Shown piece by piece: positions 30,491 through 40,490 of a stretch of 64,000 nucleotides of DNA. Both the position numbers and the translations under genes were made by a program. The DNA is from an uncultured archaeon (GTDB taxonomy: Archaea; Thermoproteota; Bathyarchaeia; Bathyarchaeales; Bathycorpusculaceae): contig CAWENF010000014.1 in the NCBI GenBank assembly GCA_963810275.1, positions 32,001 through 96,000 of the forward strand, read 5' to 3'. The notes below the pieces were generated by a model, which was given only the letters and a program-made list of their open reading frames with translations, made no database searches and was not told the origin of the DNA. How positions within the stretch are numbered: the stretch's first letter is position 1; each line of letters starts with the position of its first letter.

Positions 30491-31174
30491 GTGACAGAAA
30501 TAGGCGACTCTCCGCATGTAACCTTCAAGCTTGGAACTGGAGAATCAAAAAGCGACCGCGAAATGCTGAAAAAGAAAAAAGATCAATACGAAAAGAATTG
30601 GTGCAAAACAGGAGCAAAAGTCCTCAAGAAAATAGAGTACTTATGCGGTGACTCATTCCCCAAGAAAGCTACACAAGACGGCATAACCGTCATTCTCCAC
30701 AAGAAGACCCCTAAAAGCCAAGTCAACGCCTACCTCAACGAACAAACGCCTCTTGAAATTCACTTGTATTTAAACAGGAACGACAAAACAGCAACAATGA
30801 AGGAACTCTTAATCCGTATGCTTACCCAATCGTTTATCCATCAACATTACGAGTTTCATTTTCGGATAAGAGAACAAACTCTTTTTGAAGACATCTTAGC
30901 AGACGAGTTGGTGACTTCTAAAATCAGTTTTATGGTTATAGGTCGGAAGCTGGGGCGGGCAAACTGCGCTAAAGCACTCGACGAAGCGGTAGAGCAGACG
31001 ATTTATCGATTATCACAGAAATCAGCGCGAGACAAGCTAACGGAGTTCACTTACTTTTTTTTTCAGGATTCTCAAGTTAAGGGTAAACAGCAGAAAACTG
31101 ACGTTTTAGCGAAACGTGAAGAGTTGATTGCAAAGTTGCTTGAGCTTCTGCCAAAAACAGTAATCATCGAATAA
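30491..31174 (+). CDS. Hypothetical protein
   Basis: 227-aa open frame; no motif recognised. Confidence 0.6.
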   Translation: MTEIGDSPHVTFKLGTGESKSDREMLKKKKDQYEKNWCKTGAKVLKKIEYLCGDSFPKKATQDGITVILHKKTPKSQVNAYLNEQTPLEIHLYLNRNDKTATMKELLIRMLTQSFIHQHYEFHFRIREQTLFEDILADELVTSKISFMVIGRKLGRANCAKALDEAVEQTIYRLSQKSARDKLTEFTYFFFQDSQVKGKQQKTDVLAKREELIAKLLELLPKTVIIE

Positions 31175-31190
31175 ACTTAAAAATAAATAG

Positions 31191-31305
31191 TGGCGCCGAG
31201 AGGGGGATTTGAACCCCCGTGGCCCCGAAAGACCACAAGCTGTCAGGTACCACCTGAAGAGGTGAATCTCCAGGCTTGCTCCCTGCCGGGCTAGGAGACC
31301 TCGGC
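31191..31305 (-). tRNA. tRNA-Ser(GGA) with 26-nt intron at 37/38 (31242-31267) and encoded CCA
   Basis: Acceptor GCCGAGG/TCTCGGC, discriminator G plus CCA, anticodon stem CAAGC/GCTTG, long variable arm, T arm GGGGG-TTCAAAT-CCCCC. Confidence 0.92.
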
Positions 31306-31596
31306 ACACACATAGCAGGTTTGCACAACTTTCTTGAGTTACGCAGAATTTAAAGGTTTATCGGAAAAAACAGCACAAGAAGTAAGGCTTGAGGTAACTT
31401 CAATCTGTGCCACATATTAATTGCGGCGGATTAACATAGAGTCTATTATGGTATGTACAAGATAAGGTGTTGCCACATCGCGTCAGGCGCCAGGAAACGT
31501 TCTGAATCAACGAAGCAGCGGCAAGCGCAAGCAGTCGTCTGATGCACATGTAATTTGCCATACGCACATTAAGAGAAAAAATAAAAAAAGGAGCTA

Positions 31597-33381
31597 CTAG
31601 ACGCCTGCCCAGAACGGAACCTTCTTGCGCATCATGTTGACGTATTCTTTAAGCAGTTCCTGCTCGGGAAGAGTCAAGTCCTCATTGTGTGTTGTCAAAA
31701 GCGCCTTCGCATCCGCCTCAGGCACCTTCACATAAAGCACGTCACGCTCAAACACGTGTCTACCAGCGATTGGTTTATCCATGGAAATCGCCACCTGCAT
31801 ACCAGCTTTAGCTTCACGAATTGATTTGCCTTCGTCCTGCACCTGCTGCACCTCGCCTAACTCAGAGCCGTCTTCAGCGCGCATAAGCGACACCCTCGGC
31901 TTGATGCGGCCAGCCTGAACCTCCACACCTATCACTAAAGGTTTAGCGCGGCGAAAAATACAGTTAGGCAGTACCATGATTTTGCCCGGCTTATATAGTG
32001 CCTCAAATTCTTCTTCACTTTTACGTTCCTTCTTCTCCTTAATCCAAGCCAAGTAGGCGTCAACGAGGTTGTAGATAATTGGGTCACGGAACACCTTAAC
32101 ACCACTTGATTCAGCTTCAATCTCCGCGTCAGGTAGGGCTTTGACGCCGAAAGCCAAAATCGCACCCATTAACGGGTCATGCTGTTTAACAACTGAAGCT
32201 TCTATGACGTCGCGTTTGCTAATTTCACCGATATCTGCGCTTCGCACCTGTACGTTGTTGGCTCGCAGGATTTCCGCAAGGGCCTCCAACGAACCCAAGG
32301 TGTCAGCTTTAACGATGACGCCGTCGATTTCTTTGGTGATTCGGATTCTACCAACTTCTTCAGTAATCATGCGGCAATACTTGGCTACGTTTTCTCCTGG
32401 AGGCACAGCTAACATTGGGGCACCCGCCAAGGCGTCCTCAAGTCCAGGAGCGACGATTTTGACTCCTGCACTGGCGTAGACGCATTCGACTCCGGAAAAT
32501 TTGTCTCGGGGGTCACGCATCTCATCCAGCGGCTTTGGAACCAGAATTGTGCGCACGCGTGCGGATATAGGGCCGTCTTTGCCACCAACTACTACCAAGT
32601 CGTCCTTGTGTAGCGTGCCATCGTAGACGATTGTGTTTAGGGTCATACCTAAGCCGGGTTCCTCTTTGACTTCTAGTATTGCACCTTTTGCTGGGCCGCC
32701 GGTGGTTTGGAGACGTTTTTTGAGGAACTGCTGCGTTAAACCCACAAGTACCATAACGAGCTCTGCGAGTCCCTCGGCGGTTTTGGCGCTAGTAGGCACC
32801 AGCGCGATGTTTTGGGTGAAGTCTCGGATGTGGTCGAATCGGTCTGTTTTAAATCCAAGCCTGCTGAAGTCACCCATGATGCGGTAAAGACTGTTGTTCA
32901 TTTCCTCTTGAACAAAGTTTGATTGAGTAGCAAAAGACTTTAGAAAAGGCATGCCATGCTGAGGCTTCCAACCAGGGATACGATCGATCTGGTTAACAGC
33001 AACGATAAAGGGAGTTTTACGTGCCTTGAGAATTTCGATACACTCAAAAGTCTGCGCTTCAAAGCCTCTCACAGCGTTCACGACGAGTATGGCGATGTCA
33101 GCGACGCTCCCGCCTCTACGCCTAAGGTTAGTGAACGCTTCATGTCCAGGGGTGTCCACGATTAGGAGACCGGGGATTTCGATACCTGTCTTAAAAGTTG
33201 ACATGTATGGTCCGATAAGTTGTTTTAGGGTTTCCACTGGGAAAAAGCTGGCTCCAATGTGCTGGGTCATGCCGCCTGCTTCGCGGACTTGGACGTTGGT
33301 TTTTCGCAGTTCGTCTAGAAGCGAGGTTTTACCTGAGTCGACGTGTCCGAGAACGCAGACGATTGGTTGACGAGTTGGCAC
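31597..33381 (-). CDS. infB: Translation initiation factor aIF5B (IF-2)
   Basis: RQPIVCVLGHVDSGKT, MTQHIGA, DTPGHEAF, KADTLGSLEAL. Confidence 0.96.
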   Translation of the reverse strand: MPTRQPIVCVLGHVDSGKTSLLDELRKTNVQVREAGGMTQHIGASFFPVETLKQLIGPYMSTFKTGIEIPGLLIVDTPGHEAFTNLRRRGGSVADIAILVVNAVRGFEAQTFECIEILKARKTPFIVAVNQIDRIPGWKPQHGMPFLKSFATQSNFVQEEMNNSLYRIMGDFSRLGFKTDRFDHIRDFTQNIALVPTSAKTAEGLAELVMVLVGLTQQFLKKRLQTTGGPAKGAILEVKEEPGLGMTLNTIVYDGTLHKDDLVVVGGKDGPISARVRTILVPKPLDEMRDPRDKFSGVECVYASAGVKIVAPGLEDALAGAPMLAVPPGENVAKYCRMITEEVGRIRITKEIDGVIVKADTLGSLEALAEILRANNVQVRSADIGEISKRDVIEASVVKQHDPLMGAILAFGVKALPDAEIEAESSGVKVFRDPIIYNLVDAYLAWIKEKKERKSEEEFEALYKPGKIMVLPNCIFRRAKPLVIGVEVQAGRIKPRVSLMRAEDGSELGEVQQVQDEGKSIREAKAGMQVAISMDKPIAGRHVFERDVLYVKVPEADAKALLTTHNEDLTLPEQELLKEYVNMMRKKVPFWAGV

Positions 33382-33534
33382 TTTTGGTCTCCTCTTTGCA
33401 AGTTTATTGGGTTCGGATTGTTAGGGGTTAAGGATTAATAAATACGTTCATGCTATTTTGTGTTTTCAGCTTCTTGTGCTTTCATACTTCGGTAAGCTAT
33501 TATCACTCAAGCTTCCTCTTTGAAGCATGGTAAA

Positions 33535-33856
33535 ATGCTGCCTTTCTGTGTTAAATGGCGGTGCAACCCTAAAAGCTGACGATAAATACTGCATACAATG
33601 CGGTGCAACGACAGCCAAATTAATCAGAGAAGAATTACCAAGTTGCAGGCAAAGATGTAGGCGCCAGAGTACAGGAGCTTTTGCATGAAGGTAATGTAAC
33701 TCGCATAATTGTAAAAGACGAAGCTGGTAAAACTTTGCTGGAAATCCCAGTAACAATGGGTATGGTAGGGATTGTGGTTGCGCCTTGGCTTACGGCTTTG
33801 GCGTGATCGCAGCGTTGGTAACTAACTGCTCAATTGTGATCGAAAGAAGAGAATAA
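33535..33856 (+). pseudogene. Zinc-ribbon plus DUF4342-like protein with several frameshifts
   Basis: Pieces KYCIQCGA, VQELLHEGNVTRIIVKDEAGKTLLEIPVTMG and GVIAALVTNCSIVIERRE lie in shifting frames. Confidence 0.7.
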
Positions 33857-33862
33857 AGCGGT

Positions 33863-34063
33863 TTACTGTGATGGCTTCAGGATAAGTAGTACTACGCCAA
33901 TTATGAGCAAGACGACGCTGATGAAGCCGAAGAGAGGGCCAAAACCGCTGATTTCTGAGGTTGTAGCGGTGAAGTAAAGCATGACTGCGCCTATAACAAT
34001 TAAAACTAAACCTAATATCCTCTTAATTAGGGAAGCCCAGAACGAATCGCCTTCAGCACTCAT
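33863..34063 (-). CDS. Small two-TM membrane protein
   Basis: 66 aa with two clear hydrophobic helices. Confidence 0.65.
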   Translation of the reverse strand: MSAEGDSFWASLIKRILGLVLIVIGAVMLYFTATTSEISGFGPLFGFISVVLLIIGVVLLILKPSQ

Positions 34064-34410
34064 ACGTTGTTTTGACCCCTGCTTGCCTTTTTATCTTGTG
34101 TTTCTCTGATATAAACAACAGGAGTTATTTTAAATTTTGGTAAACTATGTTTGTTGAGGCATCGATTAATTTAAGGCAATATTGCACAAAAACTGTGTAG
34201 GGCAACATTAATTTAACCAAAACCTGCTAAGCTCAGCCAGTTTAGGGTGTGTTTGGGTTTGCTGAGGTCCCGAATAGACTTAAGGAGAAAAAAGACGCTT
34301 CCACAATCATTCTTAGCAGATACATATCGTAAACAAGAGCCTTCTCAGCCCTAACTAAGCACCTATTTAAAACAAAAAAAGAAAGAGAGATTGTTTAGTT
34401 TTTTCACAGC

Positions 34411-37071
34411 TTACTTTTTGCGAAGAGCAACTATCAATATGGCGATGCCCATAATCACTATAACTGCGATTATGGCGCCTGACATGGGTAGGAAGTATTC
34501 GTCAGCCATTGATGGTGTAGGTTCAGCTGTTGGTACGGTTGTTGCAGCATTGTCCACATAGATTCCTGTTTGAGCACTAGAAGGATAGTATGAGCCTGTG
34601 CCGGTAAAGCTTGCCATAACGGTATATTCTCCTGCAACTTCTGGTGTGAAGACCATCTTGAATGCGCCGCTGATGTCAGTGGTTGTTGTGCCTACTGGGT
34701 AATAGTTACCGTTGGGGTCAACTACGCTGACTGTAACGTCAACACCGGTAGCATTTGTTGGTTTCTCTTGATCCATGTAGACGTATTCCATCCATGCTGC
34801 CTGACTTCCATCAGACATAGCTGGAACGCCACTTGGGAACCGGAACGCCTGCTCACTTTGCGCTGTACCTGAAGAGATGTCAATGACAGTTCCTTCAACA
34901 ATCACTTTATCTCCTTCCATAGAGACCTTAGGTGAAGCTGTCACGGATGTCTGGCTTGGACCTTTAGCAACTGCATAGAGTTGATTGTCATAGTAGTTGT
35001 AGTAAACCAATGTTCCATCTGCTAGTACTGCTGTTGATAAGCCTTGTCCGCCGGTTTGTCCTGACCAGCTAAGCATCTTGTAAATTTCAGACCCATCAGT
35101 AGCATTAATGCAGTAGATACTGTAGCCTTTGTATAGTGGACTGTTTGGAGAGTGCTCATTGTTAAATGCATAGACTTTGCCATCAGCGATAGCTCCGATA
35201 AAGATTGGCATCAAACCCCATGCTGTATCAACACCACTACTTGTATTGTTGTATTTCCAGAGGGTTTCACCTGTTAAGGTATCAATGCAGAACATTTCTC
35301 CACCAAAACCTTGAGTGTAAATGTTTCCGTACGCCGTTGTACATCTTTGACCTGCACCTGAACCGCTACTGAAGAACTGCATTGGCCGGATATCTTCATG
35401 AGTTGCCCATATTTGATTTCCGTTGTCCAGGCTGTAGCCTTGGTATTGCATGTCTTCGGCTGTGGTTGTGGTCCAAACGCGGTTTACTGGATCGATTGGG
35501 CCAAGGTTGAGTGTCATGTTGTTTGAGGGTGCATTATATGATTTCTTCCAAAGCAGGCTGCCTATGCTGTTCTCTTCTAAGCTTAGTGTCCATACTTGGT
35601 ATGGGTTAGCTGTGCCTCTTTCTCTTAGGACACCGGGTGCAATAGATGGTGTTGTGCCAAGCAAGATGTCGCCGGGGATTACATATTGTATAGTTGGGTT
35701 TTCTGATGCTAATGCACCTGTTAGGTCTGCATTGATAGTTACGTTCCATGAATATGCTTGGCTTGCGTCGATGACTTTGCCGACTGGTCTGTATTGCAGT
35801 GCGTTGCTTCCAGATCCTGGTGGGCTTCGTGGTACGTCGTCTGCTGCGGTCCAATTCCATAGTGCTAGCCAGCCTGACTTTGCAGTTCTATCGTAGTTGA
35901 AAACGTATTTGACGATTTCACCTTGGTTAGTATATGCAGTTGTACCAGTTGGAACACCTGTAACATTGAATAGCCATTTACCAGTCAATGAATCCCAAGC
36001 TATCCAAGTGGAGCCGACTGCTTGCCATAGGTAGCCGTTTGGAATTGTCCCGTGCTGGTTTGGTGATTCATAGGTATAGAGTTCGCCGAATGTTGGGTTA
36101 ATGTCTGGGTTTGTCCAGATGATTTCGCCTGTTCGCAAATCTCTACACATATAATCGCCGGCACCTGTTGCGCCCGTGCTGACTTCGTCGCTTAGGGGTG
36201 ATTTATAATAGAGTCTGCCGTCAATGATGAGTGCGTTTTGGAATCTGCCTTCATATGAACCGCCCGAATAGAAAGTAGCGCCGTCAATGCCTGTGTTGAT
36301 GCCGCCAACAACGCCTCCGTCTTCAAGAGGCGCGGTCCACATGATGTGTGGGCTGTCTGGTCCGATTCCGCCGGTTTGCCATAAACTCATACCAGGCTGT
36401 TGGAATGTTCCAAAGTAGTTGGCACTTGAGGCATATGAAGAACTGCCGCTACCTAACCAGTGTGAGCCGATTACGTACCAGTTGAAATCTTCTCCATAGA
36501 TTGGTCTGCTCCAGTACTCGGTTGGAAGCGCCGAGTTAGGTGTCATAGGAACAGGGTCAGCTTGGACAGTCAAAGTTGCTGTTGCATTTGCCGCCAAAAA
36601 TACGACGCCAGTGTATGCATTGTTACCGCCTTCTGCGGATGTCCATGTGTAAGTTTGATCGGGGTAGTAGAAGTCAAATGTGTAGGTTCCTTCCTGATCG
36701 GGGGTAAACGAAGCTGATTGGACACCAGTAGTGTCTGCAACGCGATCCCAAGTTTGCTTGGTTACGTGTCCGTCTGGAGCTGTTATGGTGAGTTGATAAT
36801 CGTGTCGTCTGATGTCATTGGCTTCTGTTGCACTAGGCAAAGGTACGTCAACCATCATAGCGATGTAAGTAGCTTGACCTACACCGACTGGGTTAGGTTC
36901 AACAATAAGATAGGCGAATGAGGTCATTTCGTTTGAAGATTGTGCACTAGCGAGTGGCAATGAAACTACAGGAAAAGCAATGAAGAACGCTAGAATAGCT
37001 GCTAAAATAATGTTTTTTTTGTTTCGATAATTCATTTCCTTTTTCTCCGTTTTATGGGAAAAATATTTCAA
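34411..37071 (-). CDS. Large secreted/surface protein with PQQ-like beta-propeller repeats and C-terminal TM anchor
   Basis: Signal peptide; repeats DLRTGEIIW, DSLTGKWLF, DTLTGETLW, NATDGSEIY; Thr/Pro linker, TM helix, RKK end. Confidence 0.85.
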   Translation of the reverse strand: MKYFSHKTEKKEMNYRNKKNIILAAILAFFIAFPVVSLPLASAQSSNEMTSFAYLIVEPNPVGVGQATYIAMMVDVPLPSATEANDIRRHDYQLTITAPDGHVTKQTWDRVADTTGVQSASFTPDQEGTYTFDFYYPDQTYTWTSAEGGNNAYTGVVFLAANATATLTVQADPVPMTPNSALPTEYWSRPIYGEDFNWYVIGSHWLGSGSSSYASSANYFGTFQQPGMSLWQTGGIGPDSPHIMWTAPLEDGGVVGGINTGIDGATFYSGGSYEGRFQNALIIDGRLYYKSPLSDEVSTGATGAGDYMCRDLRTGEIIWTNPDINPTFGELYTYESPNQHGTIPNGYLWQAVGSTWIAWDSLTGKWLFNVTGVPTGTTAYTNQGEIVKYVFNYDRTAKSGWLALWNWTAADDVPRSPPGSGSNALQYRPVGKVIDASQAYSWNVTINADLTGALASENPTIQYVIPGDILLGTTPSIAPGVLRERGTANPYQVWTLSLEENSIGSLLWKKSYNAPSNNMTLNLGPIDPVNRVWTTTTAEDMQYQGYSLDNGNQIWATHEDIRPMQFFSSGSGAGQRCTTAYGNIYTQGFGGEMFCIDTLTGETLWKYNNTSSGVDTAWGLMPIFIGAIADGKVYAFNNEHSPNSPLYKGYSIYCINATDGSEIYKMLSWSGQTGGQGLSTAVLADGTLVYYNYYDNQLYAVAKGPSQTSVTASPKVSMEGDKVIVEGTVIDISSGTAQSEQAFRFPSGVPAMSDGSQAAWMEYVYMDQEKPTNATGVDVTVSVVDPNGNYYPVGTTTTDISGAFKMVFTPEVAGEYTVMASFTGTGSYYPSSAQTGIYVDNAATTVPTAEPTPSMADEYFLPMSGAIIAVIVIMGIAILIVALRKK

Positions 37072-37148
37072 GTATTCAAGCTTTAAGTTTTTCGCAATTA
37101 ATATCCGTAAAAATAAAATACATAGTCAAACAACCCAAAGATAATTCG

Positions 37149-37825
37149 ATGCCCATGTCAAGCCTCGTTAATTTAACAATCGAAGTGACCTCTGCAATCT
37201 TGTGCTTTGCACTTTTAAGGTTCATGTTCAAACCCTATGAGCTCACAAGCGAGGGCAGATACCTGGGGTTACCATTAGGATTTATGTTTCTTGGATTAGC
37301 TGAAATCTTTCTGGGCACAGGGATTTTTATTAACGTGGAAGAAATAAGAGTGTTCTCCCTTATCCTACGAACTTTCGCATACGTGTTTTTAGCAGCAACA
37401 TATTACTTCTTTACTTCTCCAAAAAACCTACAAGAAACAGCCGAATAATTTGGAACATAACTTTTAGCCTAATCGTCGTGATTTTAGTCGCTCTATCAAT
37501 CGTAATTGTAAACGGTTCAATAATTATTAACCAACCTATGAACCCAAGCATTTATTTCCGAATAATTGCCCTCACATGAATAGGATACATATGCATCCAA
37601 ACCTTAAGAAGCCATATACAAAACCCAGAAAGTGATACGATATGGATTCCCATAGGGTTCATTCTGCTCGGCATAAGCCAGTACTCTTTACTAATTTGGG
37701 CATCAGACGTCAACTATGTTTATGGCATTGCATTTATGGGTGGCTGGATAGCAAGAATAGCCGGATTAAGTATTTTCGTTGCAGTTTATTACTTAACTTT
37801 GCACAAAAGACCTGAAAAACCATGA
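37149..37825 (+). pseudogene. Seven-TM membrane protein disrupted by an 8-nt tandem duplication (37403-37418) and an in-frame TGA (37577)
   Basis: Removing one TTACTTCT copy restores a hydrophobic frame ending at TGA 37823-37825, overlapping the next ATG. Confidence 0.7.
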
Positions 37826-38091
37826 AGCTTCGAAGAGATAGATTAAAAATCTACGGAGATCTCTTGGAATATCTTAGCGCTGAGGCTAACAGCGAAAAAA
37901 TTATCATTACAAAAATTCAGCTAAAAACAAATGTACTTTTTGACAGGTTAAAGAAATATATCGATGAATTGAAGGCGTTGGGCTTAATTGAGGAAAATAA
38001 TCTCAAAGTTACAGAAAAAGGAAAACAATATCTAATAGAGTACGAAGCGGTGCTTCAATTCATGAAGCGAATGGGACTTTCCTACAATTGA
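37822..38091 (+). CDS. Winged-helix transcription regulator (archaeal HTH_45-like)
   Basis: RRDRLKIYGDLL...TKIQLKTNV.F.RLKKYIDEL...GLI.....VTEKGKQYL. Confidence 0.85.
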   Translation: MKLRRDRLKIYGDLLEYLSAEANSEKIIITKIQLKTNVLFDRLKKYIDELKALGLIEENNLKVTEKGKQYLIEYEAVLQFMKRMGLSYN

Positions 38092-38558
38092 ATGCGCAAT
38101 TAAAAACTAATTAATGACTAAGTTAAACCGGGCTTGCTCTGGGACTTCAGTTTAAAAAGCTAACTAACATGAGAATCTACTCATGCAAATAAACAAGTAC
38201 AGATTTTTTACGCCAATAAAAAAGCAAGCGGGTACTGCATGAATACTCATAATAGCTATGAGTTGGATGAGAAAAAATGTTATAATTTGGGATCATAATG
38301 AACTTAAAAAAACTGTAAACGTCAAAAAACCCGTTTTCTTAGGTTCGAATGTTTCCAGTCAGTGACCACCCGATTGGGATGCATGCTTTTGGTAAGCAGC
38401 AAGGGCTATAACCATGTCAGAGGAAACAATGCCTGTTTTATGGAAAAATAACCAACACATTGTTAAGATAGCTCAAGAATATTTTAAGGAATTATTCAAA
38501 AAAGCAAAATGGAAGCCGTAAAGAAAATAAACATTTACTTTAGAAGGAAAGGACAACT

Positions 38559-39509
38559 ATGCAATCGAAAATAGACGAGATTGACCTTAAAATTCTTAAT
38601 GACTTACTTAAAGATGGGAGGAAGACCTTCGCCGACATAGCCAAAGATTGCGGCACAACAAAAGGCGTTATCGCTCGACGCTTCAAACAAATGGAAGCTA
38701 AAGGAATAATCGTTGGAGCGACAATACAAAACAGTATTGAATGTTATAATAAGAAAATGATAGCGATGATGTACCTTCACATTGAAGAAGGGAAAACCGA
38801 GCAAGTTTTAGAGTTCTTGGCAAATTTTCCTCAAATTACACAGGTTTTTCCGTCTAAGGTGGAGCCACTCGTAATTTTTTGGGTTGTTCTGGGAGACTCA
38901 GAAGAGTTTGAGAGTCTTCGGCAGCGGCTTCTTGATTCACAATTCGTCACCCGCCTGGATTCACAGATCTTTTTTGGAGTGAGAAATCATCCCGAGAACC
39001 TATCGATTTTTAGAAACAAGCCAGAAATAAAAGAAATCAAATGCTCGAGTTTGAAAACAAAAATCAGTGATTTAGATAAATTGTTGATAGAGAAACTGGC
39101 AGCAGACGGTCGAACGACGTTTAGTCAAATCGCTAAAGATTTGGGAACCACCACAGAAACTATCTCGCGCAGATATGAACGACTAAAAAAGGGCGGTTTG
39201 ATACGAGTTATTATCAGAATTGACCCTAGAAAAATTGGCTATGTTGCTTTTTCTTCAATTAGTATTAAACTTTCCAAAGCAGACATAAACATAATAGATA
39301 AACTATCAGAAATTCCGGATATAACCCAAATTCAGCGAACAAGCGGAAAATTCGATTACTGGATGATAGCAATGCTTCGCGATTTAGAGCATCTACTTGA
39401 TATACAGTTCAAAATAAGAGCAATTCGAGGAATAGACAAAATGGAGAGCGACATCATCCCCCTGTTTTTTCCTTGGCCGACATTTAGGGAGTTTAAATCC
39501 ACAGAGTAA
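38559..39509 (+). CDS. Tandem (double) Lrp/AsnC family regulator
   Basis: Two HTH-RAM units: IDEIDLKILNDLLKDGRKTFADIAK and ISDLDKLLIEKLAADGRTTFSQIAK. Confidence 0.88.
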   Translation: MQSKIDEIDLKILNDLLKDGRKTFADIAKDCGTTKGVIARRFKQMEAKGIIVGATIQNSIECYNKKMIAMMYLHIEEGKTEQVLEFLANFPQITQVFPSKVEPLVIFWVVLGDSEEFESLRQRLLDSQFVTRLDSQIFFGVRNHPENLSIFRNKPEIKEIKCSSLKTKISDLDKLLIEKLAADGRTTFSQIAKDLGTTTETISRRYERLKKGGLIRVIIRIDPRKIGYVAFSSISIKLSKADINIIDKLSEIPDITQIQRTSGKFDYWMIAMLRDLEHLLDIQFKIRAIRGIDKMESDIIPLFFPWPTFREFKSTE

Positions 39510-39553
39510 GAACCCTTTTCTTTCAGTAGCCCCACACATTTGAAGGGAGACGA

Positions 39554-40321
39554 ATGAAGCTTAGTTTATCCAATGGAATTTTTAGCAAACTCAGCATAGC
39601 CGAAAACTTCGGCGCCGTCAAAAAGCTGGGTTTTACACAAATCGAGTTTAACATGAAATCCATCAAAAAGGAACACGACACCGACGTGTACCGAGAACAA
39701 AGGGCACTGACCGCGTCCGGTCTTAACTGCATCACCCTGCACTCGGCTGTTTTGCACGTTAAAGATCCCATTGAAGTGCACCAAGCCGTCTACTACAGCA
39801 AAATCTCGCTAGAATGCGCCCGAGCCCTCAAAGCATCCCTGATGACTGTGCACTCCGACATCGCCAAGAAACTGCCGCCAAACTTGCGGGAAGAGTCTCT
39901 CCTTGAAGTTTTTGGGCACATCAAACCGTTCGCTAGAAAGCTTGGCGTCAAATTGTCGCTTGAGAATCTGTCGTTTAACTCTACAGGATATGGCAAAAAC
40001 GTGGAACAACTCGAAGAAATCCTCTCCGTAATAGACCCAGAAAGCGAGTTCGGATTCACGTTTGACTTGTGCCACGCATTGGAAACCAACGTAGTTGACG
40101 AGTTACTTGACAGGTACGGAAGCAGAGTCTGTAACGTTCACATGGCAAACAAATCGCATGTACCTTTCACTGAACCTAAACCCGAATTAGTCAGCTTCCT
40201 TGATGCATTACATGGTTACGGCTACGAGGGACCGATTACTTTAGAATTGAAGCACGGTACCAGCATGCAGGAAATAGCAAAAAGTAAAGACCTCTTTGAT
40301 AGTCTGCTTGAAAAGTACTAA
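39554..40321 (+). CDS. Sugar phosphate isomerase/epimerase, AP-endonuclease-2 TIM barrel family
   Basis: GFTQIE, LSLENL, FTFDLCHA, NVHM, ITLE metal-ligand pattern. Confidence 0.8.
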   Translation: MKLSLSNGIFSKLSIAENFGAVKKLGFTQIEFNMKSIKKEHDTDVYREQRALTASGLNCITLHSAVLHVKDPIEVHQAVYYSKISLECARALKASLMTVHSDIAKKLPPNLREESLLEVFGHIKPFARKLGVKLSLENLSFNSTGYGKNVEQLEEILSVIDPESEFGFTFDLCHALETNVVDELLDRYGSRVCNVHMANKSHVPFTEPKPELVSFLDALHGYGYEGPITLELKHGTSMQEIAKSKDLFDSLLEKY

Positions 40322-40490
40322 CGGAAATGAGAAGTTACGTGAAGCTAAAATAGTCTTTTACTGAATACATCAACTAGTTTAATAGAAAGGTAGAGAACTT
40401 TTTTTAAATAACAAAGCAATTTTGATAGCTCAATACAAGTTATGGTTCACAATCGCCTAACGTAGGAAGAGAGTTGCTGGAGCAAAAAAA

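Noticed and set aside
37577-37579. In-frame TGA as selenocysteine or recoding
   Set aside because: It lies in a TM helix of an already frameshifted gene, with no redox motif or evident SECIS; TGA is a normal stop elsewhere in the window.
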